Source of the DNA: Peribolospora baueri
Lineage: Eukaryota
Length of the DNA: 64,000 nucleotides
Direction of reading: 5' to 3'
Assembly: GCA_029717555.1 (NCBI GenBank)
Contig: JAMDHS010000029.1
Coordinates: forward strand, 124,001-188,000
Shown: one piece after another, positions 49,302 through 61,087 of the stretch
Position numbering within the stretch: the stretch's first letter is position 1
Layout of the letters: each line of letters begins with the position of its first letter
Notes under the pieces: generated by a model
Told to the model about the DNA's origin: nothing
Databases searched by the model: none
Seen by the model: the letters and a program-made list of their open reading frames with translations, nothing else
Position numbers and translations under genes: made by a program

Positions 49302-50148
49302 ATGTCGGGCGCTGCAAAGGCGTCCTCGTCACCGTCTCCATCTGTCAAGAAGAAGGAGCAGCTCTCCGACCAAGGTGCGCGCGCCGGGAAGAGAGGCCAA
49401 AGGCGGACCGAGGGGCGTTCTTGACCATGGCCTCCCTCGTCGATTCATACCTTCGCCCTTCCTTCTTACCCCTACAACAGAAATCACGCAGCGATACCAG
49501 CAACAGAAAAATGAGCTTCAAGGCCTAGCACAGAAGATCGGCGAGCTGGAAAGTGAGGCGGACGAGCATGCGTGAGTGTGTGCATGTGATATTCTTCCTT
49601 TCGTACTTTTTTCGACTCTTGAGCCTCTCGCTCTTCGCTGCCTTCTCATTTTACTGGGTCTCTCTCCGTTGCTTGCCGAATGCATCTTTTCTCTTTCCAC
49701 CGTCCCTACTGGCGTATTCCACCCGCCAACTCAGGTTGGTCGTGGAGACCCTGACAGAAGCGCAAAAGGCCGACCCGAACCGCAAGTGCTTCCGCATGAT
49801 TGGCGGTGTGCTCGTCGAGCGCACCGCCAAAGAAGTCTTGCCCGCTTTGCAGACGAATGCTACAGGGGTGAGTGCAGTCAATGAGAGGATGAGCTCGTTC
49901 CCGGCCAAGGCACAAAGGAGCATCGGGGGTCGCTGGCTGAGGTGCCTTCGCCCCTCTCTCCTTCCCATCGGACGGCCTTTCAACTTCATACGTGCCATCG
50001 CTTCTTTCTCACACCCGCGAACACTTATTCTCTCCAGCTGAAAAACGTCATCGCCCAATTGGTGCAAAAGTACAAGGAGACGGAGGACCAGCTGGTCGTG
50101 TTTTCCCGGGAGCATGGCATCCAGATCACCACTCGAGGTGCGGTGTGA
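49302..50148 (+). CDS. GIM4: Prefoldin subunit 2
   Basis: YQQQKNELQGLAQKIGELESEADEH|LVVETL...NRKCFRMIGGVLVERTAKEVLPAL. Confidence 0.93.
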
Positions 50149-50515
50149 CGGCGCGATGTTGCAATATGACGAAGGGCGGCGTGGTGGAGCTGAGAGCGGG
50201 GACTGGTCGTTTCAGCAGTTGCTTATTGCATCCAGTGCCGGTGGCAGTGTATCTGTGTATCTACCTTTCCGCTTTGAATCATACCGGATCGGTGCCCACA
50301 ATGCTGAATACTTCTCCATGATTAAAATGGTATACAATGAACAAGCTCCGTACAAAAACAGAAACGACACGAGAAGAGGTAGATACTATCAGGCGATATG
50401 AGGTTGAACCCCAATGGCTGGCAGCAGCGGGTTGATGGATGATGCCAGAAGCGGCCAAAACAACCGCAAAAGACTGTCTTCCGTACGGCTCGGGTATACG
50501 TGATGGTACGATCTC

Positions 50516-51414
50516 TCAGCCTAGGTAATCGGACAAAAAACAGGAGTACGGAAATGTGTGCACGTCAGTACACCCCAGTCCACGATCTTCTCCTATACTG
50601 TTGGGGACGCGAGAAGAAGTGGCGCAGCTCACTCACCCCTGCTTTTTGGGTTCGGCTGCCTCTCGTACGCATTTGGACTGCGCGGTCTCTCAGCCTCCTC
50701 TTCGACCATCGTGGAACTGCCTCCCTTCTTCCGCTTCCTTCCCTTTCCTCCGCCACCATTCTCCTTCGCTCGGGGCGTATGCGCGCCGTCACATGCGTGC
50801 TCGTGGTCATGAGAGTGGTGATGATGACCGTCGTCTTCCCTCCGTCTAGACCGGATGACGCTTGGGCGCCGAGGTCCACCCGCCCCCCCTTCACTCTCGG
50901 ACGAGTATGCTGAAGAACCAGAGTCCGAGTCTGAGTCTGATTCATCGGAGCTGTCGCTCGACGAGGACTCGTCGGACGATTCGGCAAAGGCTCGAGGTTT
51001 GTGGTAAATGCAGCAGACTTCACGACGGAAAGTGAAAAGAGATAAGGAGGCAAAAAAAGAGGACGTGAGTACACGCTCGCCACCAAAAACAAACGGGCGG
51101 AGATATTAGGGTTTCCTCGCCGCGGGCAGGTCTCCCTAGTATTCTCCACCAAGTTACTCACTCTTCGAGCTTTTCCTTCCCAGTCCCTCGTTATCAACAA
51201 CACCCTCCTCCCACTGTACCCTCCTTTCCCGTGTCGGTCCTCCCCTCAACCGAAGTACGCCAGCCACCTCGCCACGGCCACCATGACCGTCACGCTGAGC
51301 TTCGTCTCCAGACGAGCCGGCGGTGGGCACGTCGTGGATGACTTGGGTTCGAGAGCCGTCTCGGAGAGCGGCCGTCGACTGCGCGGCTGCACGGGAGTGA
51401 ACTGGTTCGGGCAT
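50516..51414 (-). CDS. YPI1: Protein phosphatase 1 inhibitor-3 (Ypi1/PPP1R11)
   Basis: VLRLRG, RVxW motif RRVQWEEGVVDNEGLGRKSSK|ICCIYHKPR, acidic Ser tract and C-terminal PNAYERQP. Confidence 0.92.
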
Positions 51415-51677
51415 GGGAACAGAGGAAAGCGCTGGAAGGGCGGACGAACGAGGACTGATGGTCGTCGATGGCGGACAGGAGCCGCCCAATCGAGCCTGCT
51501 AATAAGTTGGCCGGCTTTTGGGAGGCGGATGATCGGGCGAACAACGATCGCCGTCTGTCGCCGCCTATCTCCTCGCAGCCGCTCGGGCCTTCTCCTCTGT
51601 CGTCACAGCAAAAGCCATATCCCGTATCGTTCCTCTTCCCATGTAGTCGGCCACCTCGCTCCTCGTGAGGGCCCCTC

Positions 51678-53953
51678 ATGCTGTCAGCTGCTCTCAGAGG
51701 GTCCTTTATCGTCCCAAACATGCCCACATACGCCGACGACTGGAACTCGCGCCAGCTCGCCCAGCGCTCTCTCGACGTTTCCGGTCCCGTGTACATCGAA
51801 GTCAGCCGGGCGGAGGGCGGAGGCGAGGTGTGGGACGAGCAGGATGGCATGGACGTTGACGCCGTCGAGCTAGATGACGAAAAGCTCACCGACGTTGTGG
51901 AGCAGGTGTGGAAGGCTAGGGAAGGGGGCTGGGCGCTTGGTGCCGAAGTCAAGATCGGAAGGGAATTCGGGGTCACACTTGTGAGTACGGCCCATTCCCG
52001 CTGCTGAGTGCTGTCCTCACTCATAGCATATATTCCGACCAATAACCACTTCCTTTGCTTGTAGCTTGACGATTCGTCGTCCTTTTTAGGCGACGCTACC
52101 TCTCATCCGGCCACCTACCTCGTTCTCGACACTAACGTCCTCATTTCCAACCTGGCTCTTACCACCGCCCTCTACCAATTCCTGCGATCGTTTCCTATCG
52201 AAAGGCGTCCTGTCACTTTGGTGATACCTTATATGGTGCTCTCCGAGCTGGACAACCTCAAAGACGTCCATTCCGTCGGTCCCAAGGCCCGAATGGCCAG
52301 CGCGTGGCTCGTCGACGCCATGCAGAGCGAAAGAGATCCGGCCGGTATTGGCGAGCAAGGAGATTGGAAAGGACGCGCGCTTGTGGTCCAAGGGCGGCAA
52401 GAGCATGCCGCCATTGCTGGCGCCTCGTCCGGCGGTGTGAGTATTCTCTTCCTCTTCCTAGATCATTGTCAGTCGCTTCGATATTTCGCTCGCTCACATA
52501 CGACGGGCACTGTGTCTCGATCCTGCAGAACAATGACGATGTCATCGTCTCTGTCTGCGTCCATCTCCGCCAGCGCTCTGGCTCAGGTGGAGTGGTCTTC
52601 TTCTCTCACGACAACAATGCGACGCTTAAAGCCTCCGCCGATGGTGTACCTGTCTTGACTCTTCGAGACCTTAGGGCCTGCGAAGTCGTGGAGAAGTATG
52701 GTCACAGACAGGTCGCTCTAGATAAGGTGGTGATCAGGGTCAGAGCTCTCGCTGTCAAGGCGTCGCCGGCACCGACACCGGGCGTCGATACTGCAGATGT
52801 TGCACCCATTGCTCATCCGGCTTGCAGCTCGCCGACGGCACAGGCTTCCTCCGCCACCTATCCAGGCGCCGGCGGTTCATCAGCATTGCCGCCCCGGACA
52901 GAGAGCATAGACTGGTTAGGCTCAAGGCCCCAGTTAACCTCAGTATCATCTATGAGCTCAGCCTTTTCTGCAGCCTCCCCAGAATCTCCCTCGCCCACCC
53001 TTTCCAAGCCCTCGTCCGTGGCCTCTGGTAGCCTTCCTGCGCGTCGCCACAGCGCATCACACAAGTGCAAGCCTTCTCGCTCTGTATCGTATCAGCCGCC
53101 CCCCCTTTCGCCTCATGCGCTCCACGCAGAAATACGCGACTACATCAATACATTTGTCCCTCAAGCCATCTACAATTTTCTCATACCCCCATCGATGATA
53201 CCCGACGACCAACAGTGGCAGAACATGACTGCATTGGAGTGCTTTGTTTACATGCTCCGTCATTGGGATTCTCCTGTCGGAGACGGAGGGAGAGCGATGA
53301 AGGAGGCGTTCGCAGAGACAGACGAACCGCAGCTTTCTACTTGGTCGTCTGGGTTGCGCGCAAACTCCTCGAGGTCAACTTCTCTGAGCGCGCGCGTGGC
53401 GACGTCGGGAGCGAGCATCTGGGCTCCTCCGTCGTCGTCTTCGCCTTCCTCGTCCACGTCTTCCCCCTCACGCAGCGTTTTCAAAGGCCGCGACCAAGCG
53501 GGGCTTGTTCGCCGAAAGCGCTCAGAGGGGGAGCTGGCGAACGTGTACGACGATGTTTTCCTGCTCGTCTCCTTTTTCGGTCACCCCCCACCGCCGCCCT
53601 CGGAAGCGCCCGCAACTAGTCCGCGCTCCCCCTCTTCCCCTATCTCCCAACAACCCTTCATCATGACGCAAGCGGACCAAAAGGCATGGAGATCGGTCCT
53701 GAATGCCCTCCAACAGGTCCTCCTCTCGGGCTCGCTCTTGGACGCAGACGGAGGCTGGAGGAAGATCGAGGCGGAGGAGGCTGTGAGGCAATGGAAGAGC
53801 GAGATGCGGCGGATGGTCAATTCGGCGGTTACCATCGGCGGCGGCGTCGATCTCTCGCCTGCTGATTCTACGGCCATCGTCCCGGCATCGACAACTAGCG
53901 TGGATGACGGCAATTTGGGGAATGGGATGGACCTCGATCCCGATGTACCTTAG
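51678..53953 (+). CDS. PIN-domain RNA endonuclease, SWT1-like
   Basis: YLVLDTNVLIS, VIPYMVLSELDNLK, ARMASAWL, NNDDVIVSVC, FFSHDNNATLKA. The start codon is uncertain (51468, 51678 or 51720). Confidence 0.8.
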
Positions 53954-54251
53954 TGACGCAACCGTGCCGTCTTGGAAAGCATCACATACAGAGACCTGCA
54001 CGTCCTCCCATCTGTCTGTTGATCAGTCTGGAATATATCACGAGGCAAGAAGAATGAATTCCTGGCTCGCAGCAATACATAGGGAAATCTCATTGTCGGA
54101 TATTATTGATTGTCTACCGCCCCTCGTGTACATGTACATTTTTGCACGCAGCAAAGACGCGGTCGCCGATTCGGTGCTTCCCGCGGCATCGACCTGGCCT
54201 AGACCGGCCTCATAAAGGGAGCAAGGACGGGGAACGAGTTAAGCCAGGCTC

Positions 54252-56826
54252 TCAGTGGGCCTCACGCTTGCGCGGCGCCGCCTTGAGGATGTCGTCAACC
54301 CTGTGCCAAGCCAACACGACCGAGAACGATGGGTGTCAGTATCCGACTCCTCATAAAGCCGAACATGATCCTTGTTTGGGAAAGGAAATAGCAGCCCACC
54401 TAAGGATCATCTCAGCGGCCTCGCTCGCAGAGAGAACGACCTGTCTCTTGAGTTTGTACGACTCGGTGACACCGAGGTCCAACATGGACGCCACGGTGCC
54501 GCTGTTGAGGTCTACGGACGGCAGATGCGAAGAGGCGAAAACAGTCATAAGCAGGTCATTCCGAGACGAAGAACGCGGCGTGATGTACCCACCCAAGCCT
54601 GCCGTCTTATCATTGGCTTGGTGTGCAGCTCGCAGTTTAGCGACGAGGTCGGAAGAATCCAGGCCGGCATTGTCAGCCAGGATGGTTGGGATCTGCCGGT
54701 AAGATGAAGAGCGGAAGAGTCGCAGACGTCAAGGTTAAGGCGCGTGTCCACCGTCAGCCCCATTCGGCGCCATCCACTGACCTGTCGCAACGCCCGTGCA
54801 AACGCCTCGGTAGCAAGCGCCTTCTTGCCCATCGTCCTTCGCGCCTCTTCATCTACGGCTTTACTCATCTCCATCTCAGAGCAACCTCCGCCGAGACAAA
54901 TCCGCGTCTCCTTGACCGTCTGGGAGAGGACAGCGAGCGCGTCGTGCAAGGACCTCTCTGCTTCGTCCACCATCTGGGTGGTGGCGCCTCTGAGGACGAT
55001 GGTGCAAGCCTCTCCCGCGGCGACGCCAGAGAACTTGATGAGCTGATCAAGACAAACGCCGGGGTTTTCACGGTTCGGATCAACGAAGACTTAGAAATTA
55101 AAAGGTCTAGTACCCAATTGAGGACAACGCTCACCTTGTCCTCCCCGATCATGATCTCCTCCACCTTTTCGCAGTACCCCAGCTTGACCTTATCGGGGCG
55201 ATCGAAAGTAGAGGCGATTTCGCCGCCAGTCACGAGTGCGAGGCGCTCGACGCCCTCGAAGTCAGCATGCTCGATGACCATGATGCCCGCCTCGGCCATA
55301 AGCGACTCTGGCCAGTTGTAGACGAGTTGACGGTTCACAAAGACATTGATGCCCAGCGCCTTGATCTTGTTCACCTTCTCCTTCATTTTCTCCTGTGCGT
55401 CGTTACGACGTATGATCGAACCAATGGAGGTCAGCTGACACTCAGGCTGAGGTTTGGTCCACGAGACCCGCCAAGTTGGCCACGCACCCGCTCGGCTCGC
55501 TCGAGCTCGGCGAGCTTGCCCGTGCCTTCTACCCGCACGCGCGCGCCGAAGATCTTGATCTTGTCCGTGTCCATAGCTGCGATGCGAAGCGTAGAAGATA
55601 AAACAGACAGTATACGACGTCAACATGAGCTATGGCACGCTACCAGCTCCACTTGTGTTCGAAATGACTGACAGGTGTTGGCGATCAGAATCTTCGCCTT
55701 CTCAATCTTCTTCGGGCAGTTCGTCCCAATCCGCTTGTCCAAAATGAAGCCTTAAGAGCAGAATAATAACATGAGCACAGACGCGTCTGGATTCGACAGT
55801 AGCGAGAAACCCACCTTCGTCCAGGTACGAATCTTCCAGCTTGCCGCCCACCTTCTTGATAATTTGGATGTTCTCTAAATTTGTGCTTCCCTAGAAGGAC
55901 ACAGCAGAAAGTGAAAGAAAGAAAGAAACCGATTGAATTACTGAGCTCTTGCACCTCCTGAGTAAGAGCCAGCAAATTCGTCAGAGGTCACGCAAAGCCG
56001 CCTATGCCCCTCACCTTCAAACGAAGCACGGCATCCACGGCGAGATTGGCGAAGTAGTCCTTGTCGGCGTTCAGGACTTTGGAAGACAGAGTCGTACGGG
56101 CAATGTTAAACAAATCCTTTCGGAAGGCCGCAGGATCGGCGCTGCGAGGACGAACGGAGAAGACGGCAAGCGTCAGTGGACGTGCACGCGTACACGGGTT
56201 AGGATGCGCAGCGACTGCTCACCTATGGTCCGTGGCAACGTCCTCCAATGCCCTCAAGGCAGCGGCGCTCGCAATCCTGTACCCCTCCACGATAGTCTGC
56301 GGGTGGATCTTCTGCTCGATGAGCCTCTCTGCCTCTCTGAGAAGCTCAGCAGCGAGCACGCAGACGGAGGTGGTGCCGTCTCCAACCTCGTCGTCCTGCA
56401 CCTTGGAGATGTTGACAAGGATCTTGGCGGCGGCGTTGTCAAGGTAGATGGACTTCAAAATCGTCGCGCCGTCGTTGGTGACCACGAGCGAGTCTGATCC
56501 GGCTGACTGGAGGATCTTGTTCATGCCTTTGGGGCCGAGGGTCGACTTAACTAGGTCGCCCAGGGCGAGGGCGCCGACAAAAGAGGAGAGACTGGAGAAG
56601 ACAACTCATCAGAGACTCTCATGTTCAGCTGACGGCCAGCTCGCGGACTCACCGAGCATTCTCCGCCCTTTCTTGAGTCGCCTGCGCGTAGGGATCGAAG
56701 GAAGAATATGACCCATCAGAACCTCCCCGTGACGTCGGCGCGCACAACGCTCTCATATGCGGCAAAGGCAAGGGAGAATGTGAGTGCCCGCTCACTCACC
56801 TCTTGTCCGAAAATCTGCATCGACAT
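54252..56826 (-). CDS. CCT2: Chaperonin CCT/TRiC beta subunit
   Basis: [104 protein letters not shown]. Confidence 0.97.
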
Positions 56827-57221
56827 GTTGGCTAGGAGTTACGGAGGCGAGGACGAAGACAAAAGCCAGCCTGGACACGCACAGCACAGCGAATACTTGA
56901 TCGTCATCTCAACGAAGGTTGGAGCTTCGACTGCGGCGCGTGAGACGACGCCGTTACCCTACCGCAGCAATATGGTTATGTGCCTGACCCTTGGCTTGTC
57001 CCATTCCGTCCGCTCTCGTCCAACTCTGCCCGACGAGGTTGGCGAAGAGGAGTCGCAATCGTCCATGACATATCTCGTTGAACACGAACGGCATCGCAAT
57101 CGTCCATTGCAGGGACTGGCCCTCGTTGAACTCGAGGGTGTTGCAATCATCCATGACATCTATTGTTTCACCGTACGCCAGGTTCGCACGACAGCCTCCT
57201 CCGCTCGCCTCGGGTGACGCA

Positions 57222-57230
57222 GTATATATT
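57222..57230 (+). promoter_or_regulatory. TATA box of the secreted-protein gene
   Basis: GTATATATT about 125 bp upstream of ATG 57349, followed by a pyrimidine-rich leader. Confidence 0.45.
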
Positions 57231-57348
57231 GGCAGCGCGAAGAACATTCGCATTCCTCACCTGTTTGGCTTTCGGTTGCCCCGGTCCGCACCCATTTTTT
57301 TCTTTTATTACTCACGTTCTTTCAGCATCTCAGCTCATTCTTTCCAAC

Positions 57349-58187
57349 ATGAAGCTCGCCAACGGCTTTGTTGCCCTCGTCTTGGCGGCCGTCACCGTCA
57401 GCGCTCTCCCCGTGCACGAGGCCGACGCCCTCTTAGGCCGCGGCGAACTCGCCTCGGTCAACGGATCTCCTGACAACCTGCTCGCTGCTCGCTCCAGCAA
57501 CGGCTATGACTACAGCAAGTACCGCGCCGGCTTCTCTGCGGCCAACTTCTTCGGCGGAAACGGTAACCAGCAGGTGAGCTTGACCGGACGCACTGGCTGC
57601 GCTCACCCTTTGCGGATCAACACCAGTGGCTGTCCAACGGCCTCTTATCTTTGACTTGACACTTCTCACCCTCCCCGCTCGTATCAGTCCAACGGCTCTG
57701 GCGACGCCAATGACCAGGCCAACGATTCTGGCAATGCCAAGGCCAAGCAGATGGCCAACGGCGGAAAGGGTGGTAAGGGCGGTAACGGTCAGAACAAGGC
57801 CAGCGGACATGCTTATGCCGTGCGTACTGCCGTCATTTTCGCTTTATTCCTGATCGCATCGTTTGTGCTTGGTTTTTTTGCTTACATCACTACAACAATC
57901 TCACATCTGACCGAATGACTCGCCAACAGTCCTATGGTGGCGTCAATGTTTTGAGTGGAAACGCGATCGCCCTGGGCGGTAACGGTGGTATGGGTGGCTG
58001 GGGTGGGCAGGGAGGCACGAACCGCAACACTGGTGAGTGTGAAGAACGCGCAGGATCATCGAAAGCAAGCAAGCACGTCGACACTAATCCTCGAACTCGG
58101 TTGACCATTTCTCATACTCTTTCTCGATTTCCAGGCGGTCTTAACAAGTCCGCCGCTGTCGCTCCCGATCCCGTCTTGCCCGCCTGA
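57349..58187 (+). CDS. Small secreted Gly/Asn-rich, cysteine-free protein
   Basis: Signal peptide MKLANGFVALVLAAVTVSA|LP. Four exons give ...LLAARSSNGYDY...FFGGNGNQQ|SNGSGDANDQANDSGNAKAKQMANGGKGGKGGNGQNKASGHAYA|SYGGVNVLSGNAIALGGNGGMGGWGGQGGTNRNT|GGLNKSAAVAPDPVLPA*. Confidence 0.8.
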
Positions 58188-58868
58188 TCTCGTCAAGGAT
58201 GGAGGCGACATAATGTCCTCCTGACCGGTCAAAGGAGGTGTGGTCATCATGGCATCGTCCAACAACCTCCTTCTGCACGGTCGCCGCCGCTTCTCTTCGC
58301 CACCCAAGCGTGACACTTGGGATATACGGTCAAAAGGTTAGGAGGGGCTGGCGTGGTGGGACAATGTTGTCCTCTTCTCTCTAGCATGTTTGTCCATGTA
58401 TTGCTCCGTGCCCGTGGCCAGAGGTCCCTTAGCAATACATGTACTTCATGCTTTAAAAAGAAAAAGCAGGATTATTATATTCTTTTCCTCGTCTACGGCC
58501 AGGAAGAAAGAACGGTGCCTTGTCGGTATCCGTCTCAAACGAGCCCAGGCAGACGGCGCTCAGTGCGATCCCCATGGAGAGGCGCAAAGAGGATCGAGGA
58601 GGGACGCTGATTCTTCCGCTCCAACAGAGGAACATTACACGACCCGTCTTCCGGGTCTCCAAGATGCGCTCTCGACGCCCCGCCTCTTCTCGACATCAAC
58701 GCGTTGTTGACCAGATCGGAACAGTACAGGAAGACGTCGAAAGACTTCGATCACCCACTCCCGTCCTCCCGTCGCCCCACTTCGCCCGCTCCAACTCGCC
58801 TCGACTCGGCCCGAACCCGCCCGTCTAGGCAGCACATGACACCGGTATGGCACAGTCAAGGCGCTCGC

Positions 58869-60400
58869 TCATTGCATCTTCTTCTCCCCGCTCACGCCCG
58901 AGCTCTTTTTCTCTCCCATCCTATCCGGCGTCTGCACGCCCGCCAACTGTTTCACGACGAGCAGCACGAGCGGCACAACGATGCCCAGGCTCACGAGGAG
59001 GGCGGTGAGCAGGCCAGGGGTGAAGAAGGTGTACCGGTGGAGGAGGCCAAGCTTCTTCAGCTCTCTCGCGCCGCTCGGGGTGGAGGTGGGGGCGCGCTTG
59101 GAGAGATGGTGGGAGGGATGGTGGTCGGGTTGGGGGGAGATGAGTGACGAGGAGGTGACGAAGATGAGATGGGAGGGGAAAAGGGAGCTGAGGATGGAGA
59201 GGCGAGAGGCGAGCAAGGCATCTGACGAGGCCCAACAAAACGGACGTCGTTCGAACCAACGGTCAGGAACAGGGACGATCGCGCAGACAATCCCGTCCGC
59301 CCAGGGTGATGAAGGGCGAGGGGCCAAATACGTACCGGCGCGTGCCAAAGCTTGCCTCCTATCCTCTCCCTTCTTCGATTTTTCAACAGGCACGGAAACC
59401 TTGACGAGCACTTTATCCCCCTCGGTGACGCCTCGCTCCTCCACGTCTTCCATCGTGAGCTGCTCCCACCCTTCGTCCCCGCAAGCGGACCTGACATTGC
59501 GGTAGAGTGTGTCAGCAAAGCCTGCCGAACCGGCGACTGGATGCTGGACGAAGGGGAGCTGCACGGAGGACGTGGAGGAGGCGACACGCTTGGAGAGGTG
59601 AGAGCGCGGGCCGAGCAGGCGGAGATCGGATGCGTGGAGCTGTGAGGGTGCGAGACGAAGGCAAGGCGGACGATGGTATTAGCAGCGATAGCTTGACTCG
59701 CGCCAGAAAGCGGGCGGTCTACCCATCTCACCCCTTCGACATCGACGACCGCGATGGCATCGAAACCGTCGCAAATGGTCCTAGTCATCGCGTCCACGCC
59801 CTCCTCGAGCACCGCACGCGACATGACGGGCGACGCCCTGGCGGGCTCGAGAGCGTCTAAGATGGCGGATCTGGGTGGGCAAAGGGGAAGATGGGTGAAA
59901 GAAAAAAAAGGATGGAGGGGTGGGAGTGGACGAGATCCAACAGCACCTAGGCGGGTTAGCGCTTAGGCTCAGCTTTGCTCCAAAGTAGTTTAGCCTCGTC
60001 CGGCCGTCGAGTCGCATCTCCATCGTCCAAGACGACGCGAGCGAAGGACGAGCGAAGGAATAGGCACGGCGGCCTCTGGAAACGGACAGAGTCACCACAT
60101 CCATCGTCCCTCCATCTCAACTCTACTCTACTCTCCTCTCCTCTCCTCTCCTCGCCTAGCCTCGCCTTCTCAGCCCCATCTCCCTATTCCCACCCCCACT
60201 GCGCCCAAAACCAAGCCCCCTCATCTCGCTTCGCAAAACAAACAAACGAACAGCAGACAGACTCACCGCTCGGGAACATTAGTCCATGCGATCAGCGGCG
60301 ACGTGTCCTCGAATGCGTGGGCCGTGTGAGCGAGGAGGGCCAAGGAGGCGATAAGGAGGGAGAGGGGGAGGGAGAGGGAGAAGGGTGTTGGGAAGAGCAT
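58869..60400 (-). CDS. BIG1/Voa1/V-ATPase Ac45-like type I membrane protein
   Basis: Signal peptide followed by AFEDTSPLIAW; C-terminal GLLHRYTFFTPGLLTALLVSLGIVVPLV TM and a KKMQ dilysine-type ER tail. Confidence 0.78.
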
Positions 60401-61087
60401 TGCGGTCGTCGGTGTGGATGGTCGGACTGATGGAGGGATTGGATGGGGGCGACCGAAGGAAGGAAGAAGAGAGGAAGGACGATGATGGAGACGAGACGAG
60501 GCTGACGCCCTGGCGGAAGTGATCGCTCGCGGAGGTCGCTCCGCTCGTCCACTGTACCGCAGCGGCGCCAATCCGATCACTAACCTCACTTGACCCAGTC
60601 AGTTGAAAATGTCCTTCTTGAGTGGATCTCGCAACCGATTTCAAATGTTCGCACACAAAGGAGGAAGGAGGAAGGAAGAAGGAGGGAGAGCGAGCGAGCA
60701 TTGCATGTCATATCATATACAACCCAGGCTGGATCTGGACCGCCAGCAGGTCCCGAGAGAGATTTTGTGGAGACGGGTCAACTCGCGAGGGAGCGAGCGG
60801 GGGGAGGCCATAAGGGCAGGGCGAGGATGGGAAGCGAGGTAGGTAGGAAAGAAGAAGGAGGAGAGACGACGGTGGACCGGATTTGAACGTTCGAGCCCCT
60901 TCCCAGCTCGGAGAGCGGCGGAACGAGCACCTCCGTTCAACCGTGCGCATTTACTTTTTGATAGAATGGGGTGGGGATGGACGAAGGGAGAAAAGTCGTC
61001 TGAGAGAATGCAAGCGAGCAAACGCGGGCGACGAGACGAGAGAGAGAAAGAAATAAAGAAAGAAGCATGACGGAGGGAATGACCGGC

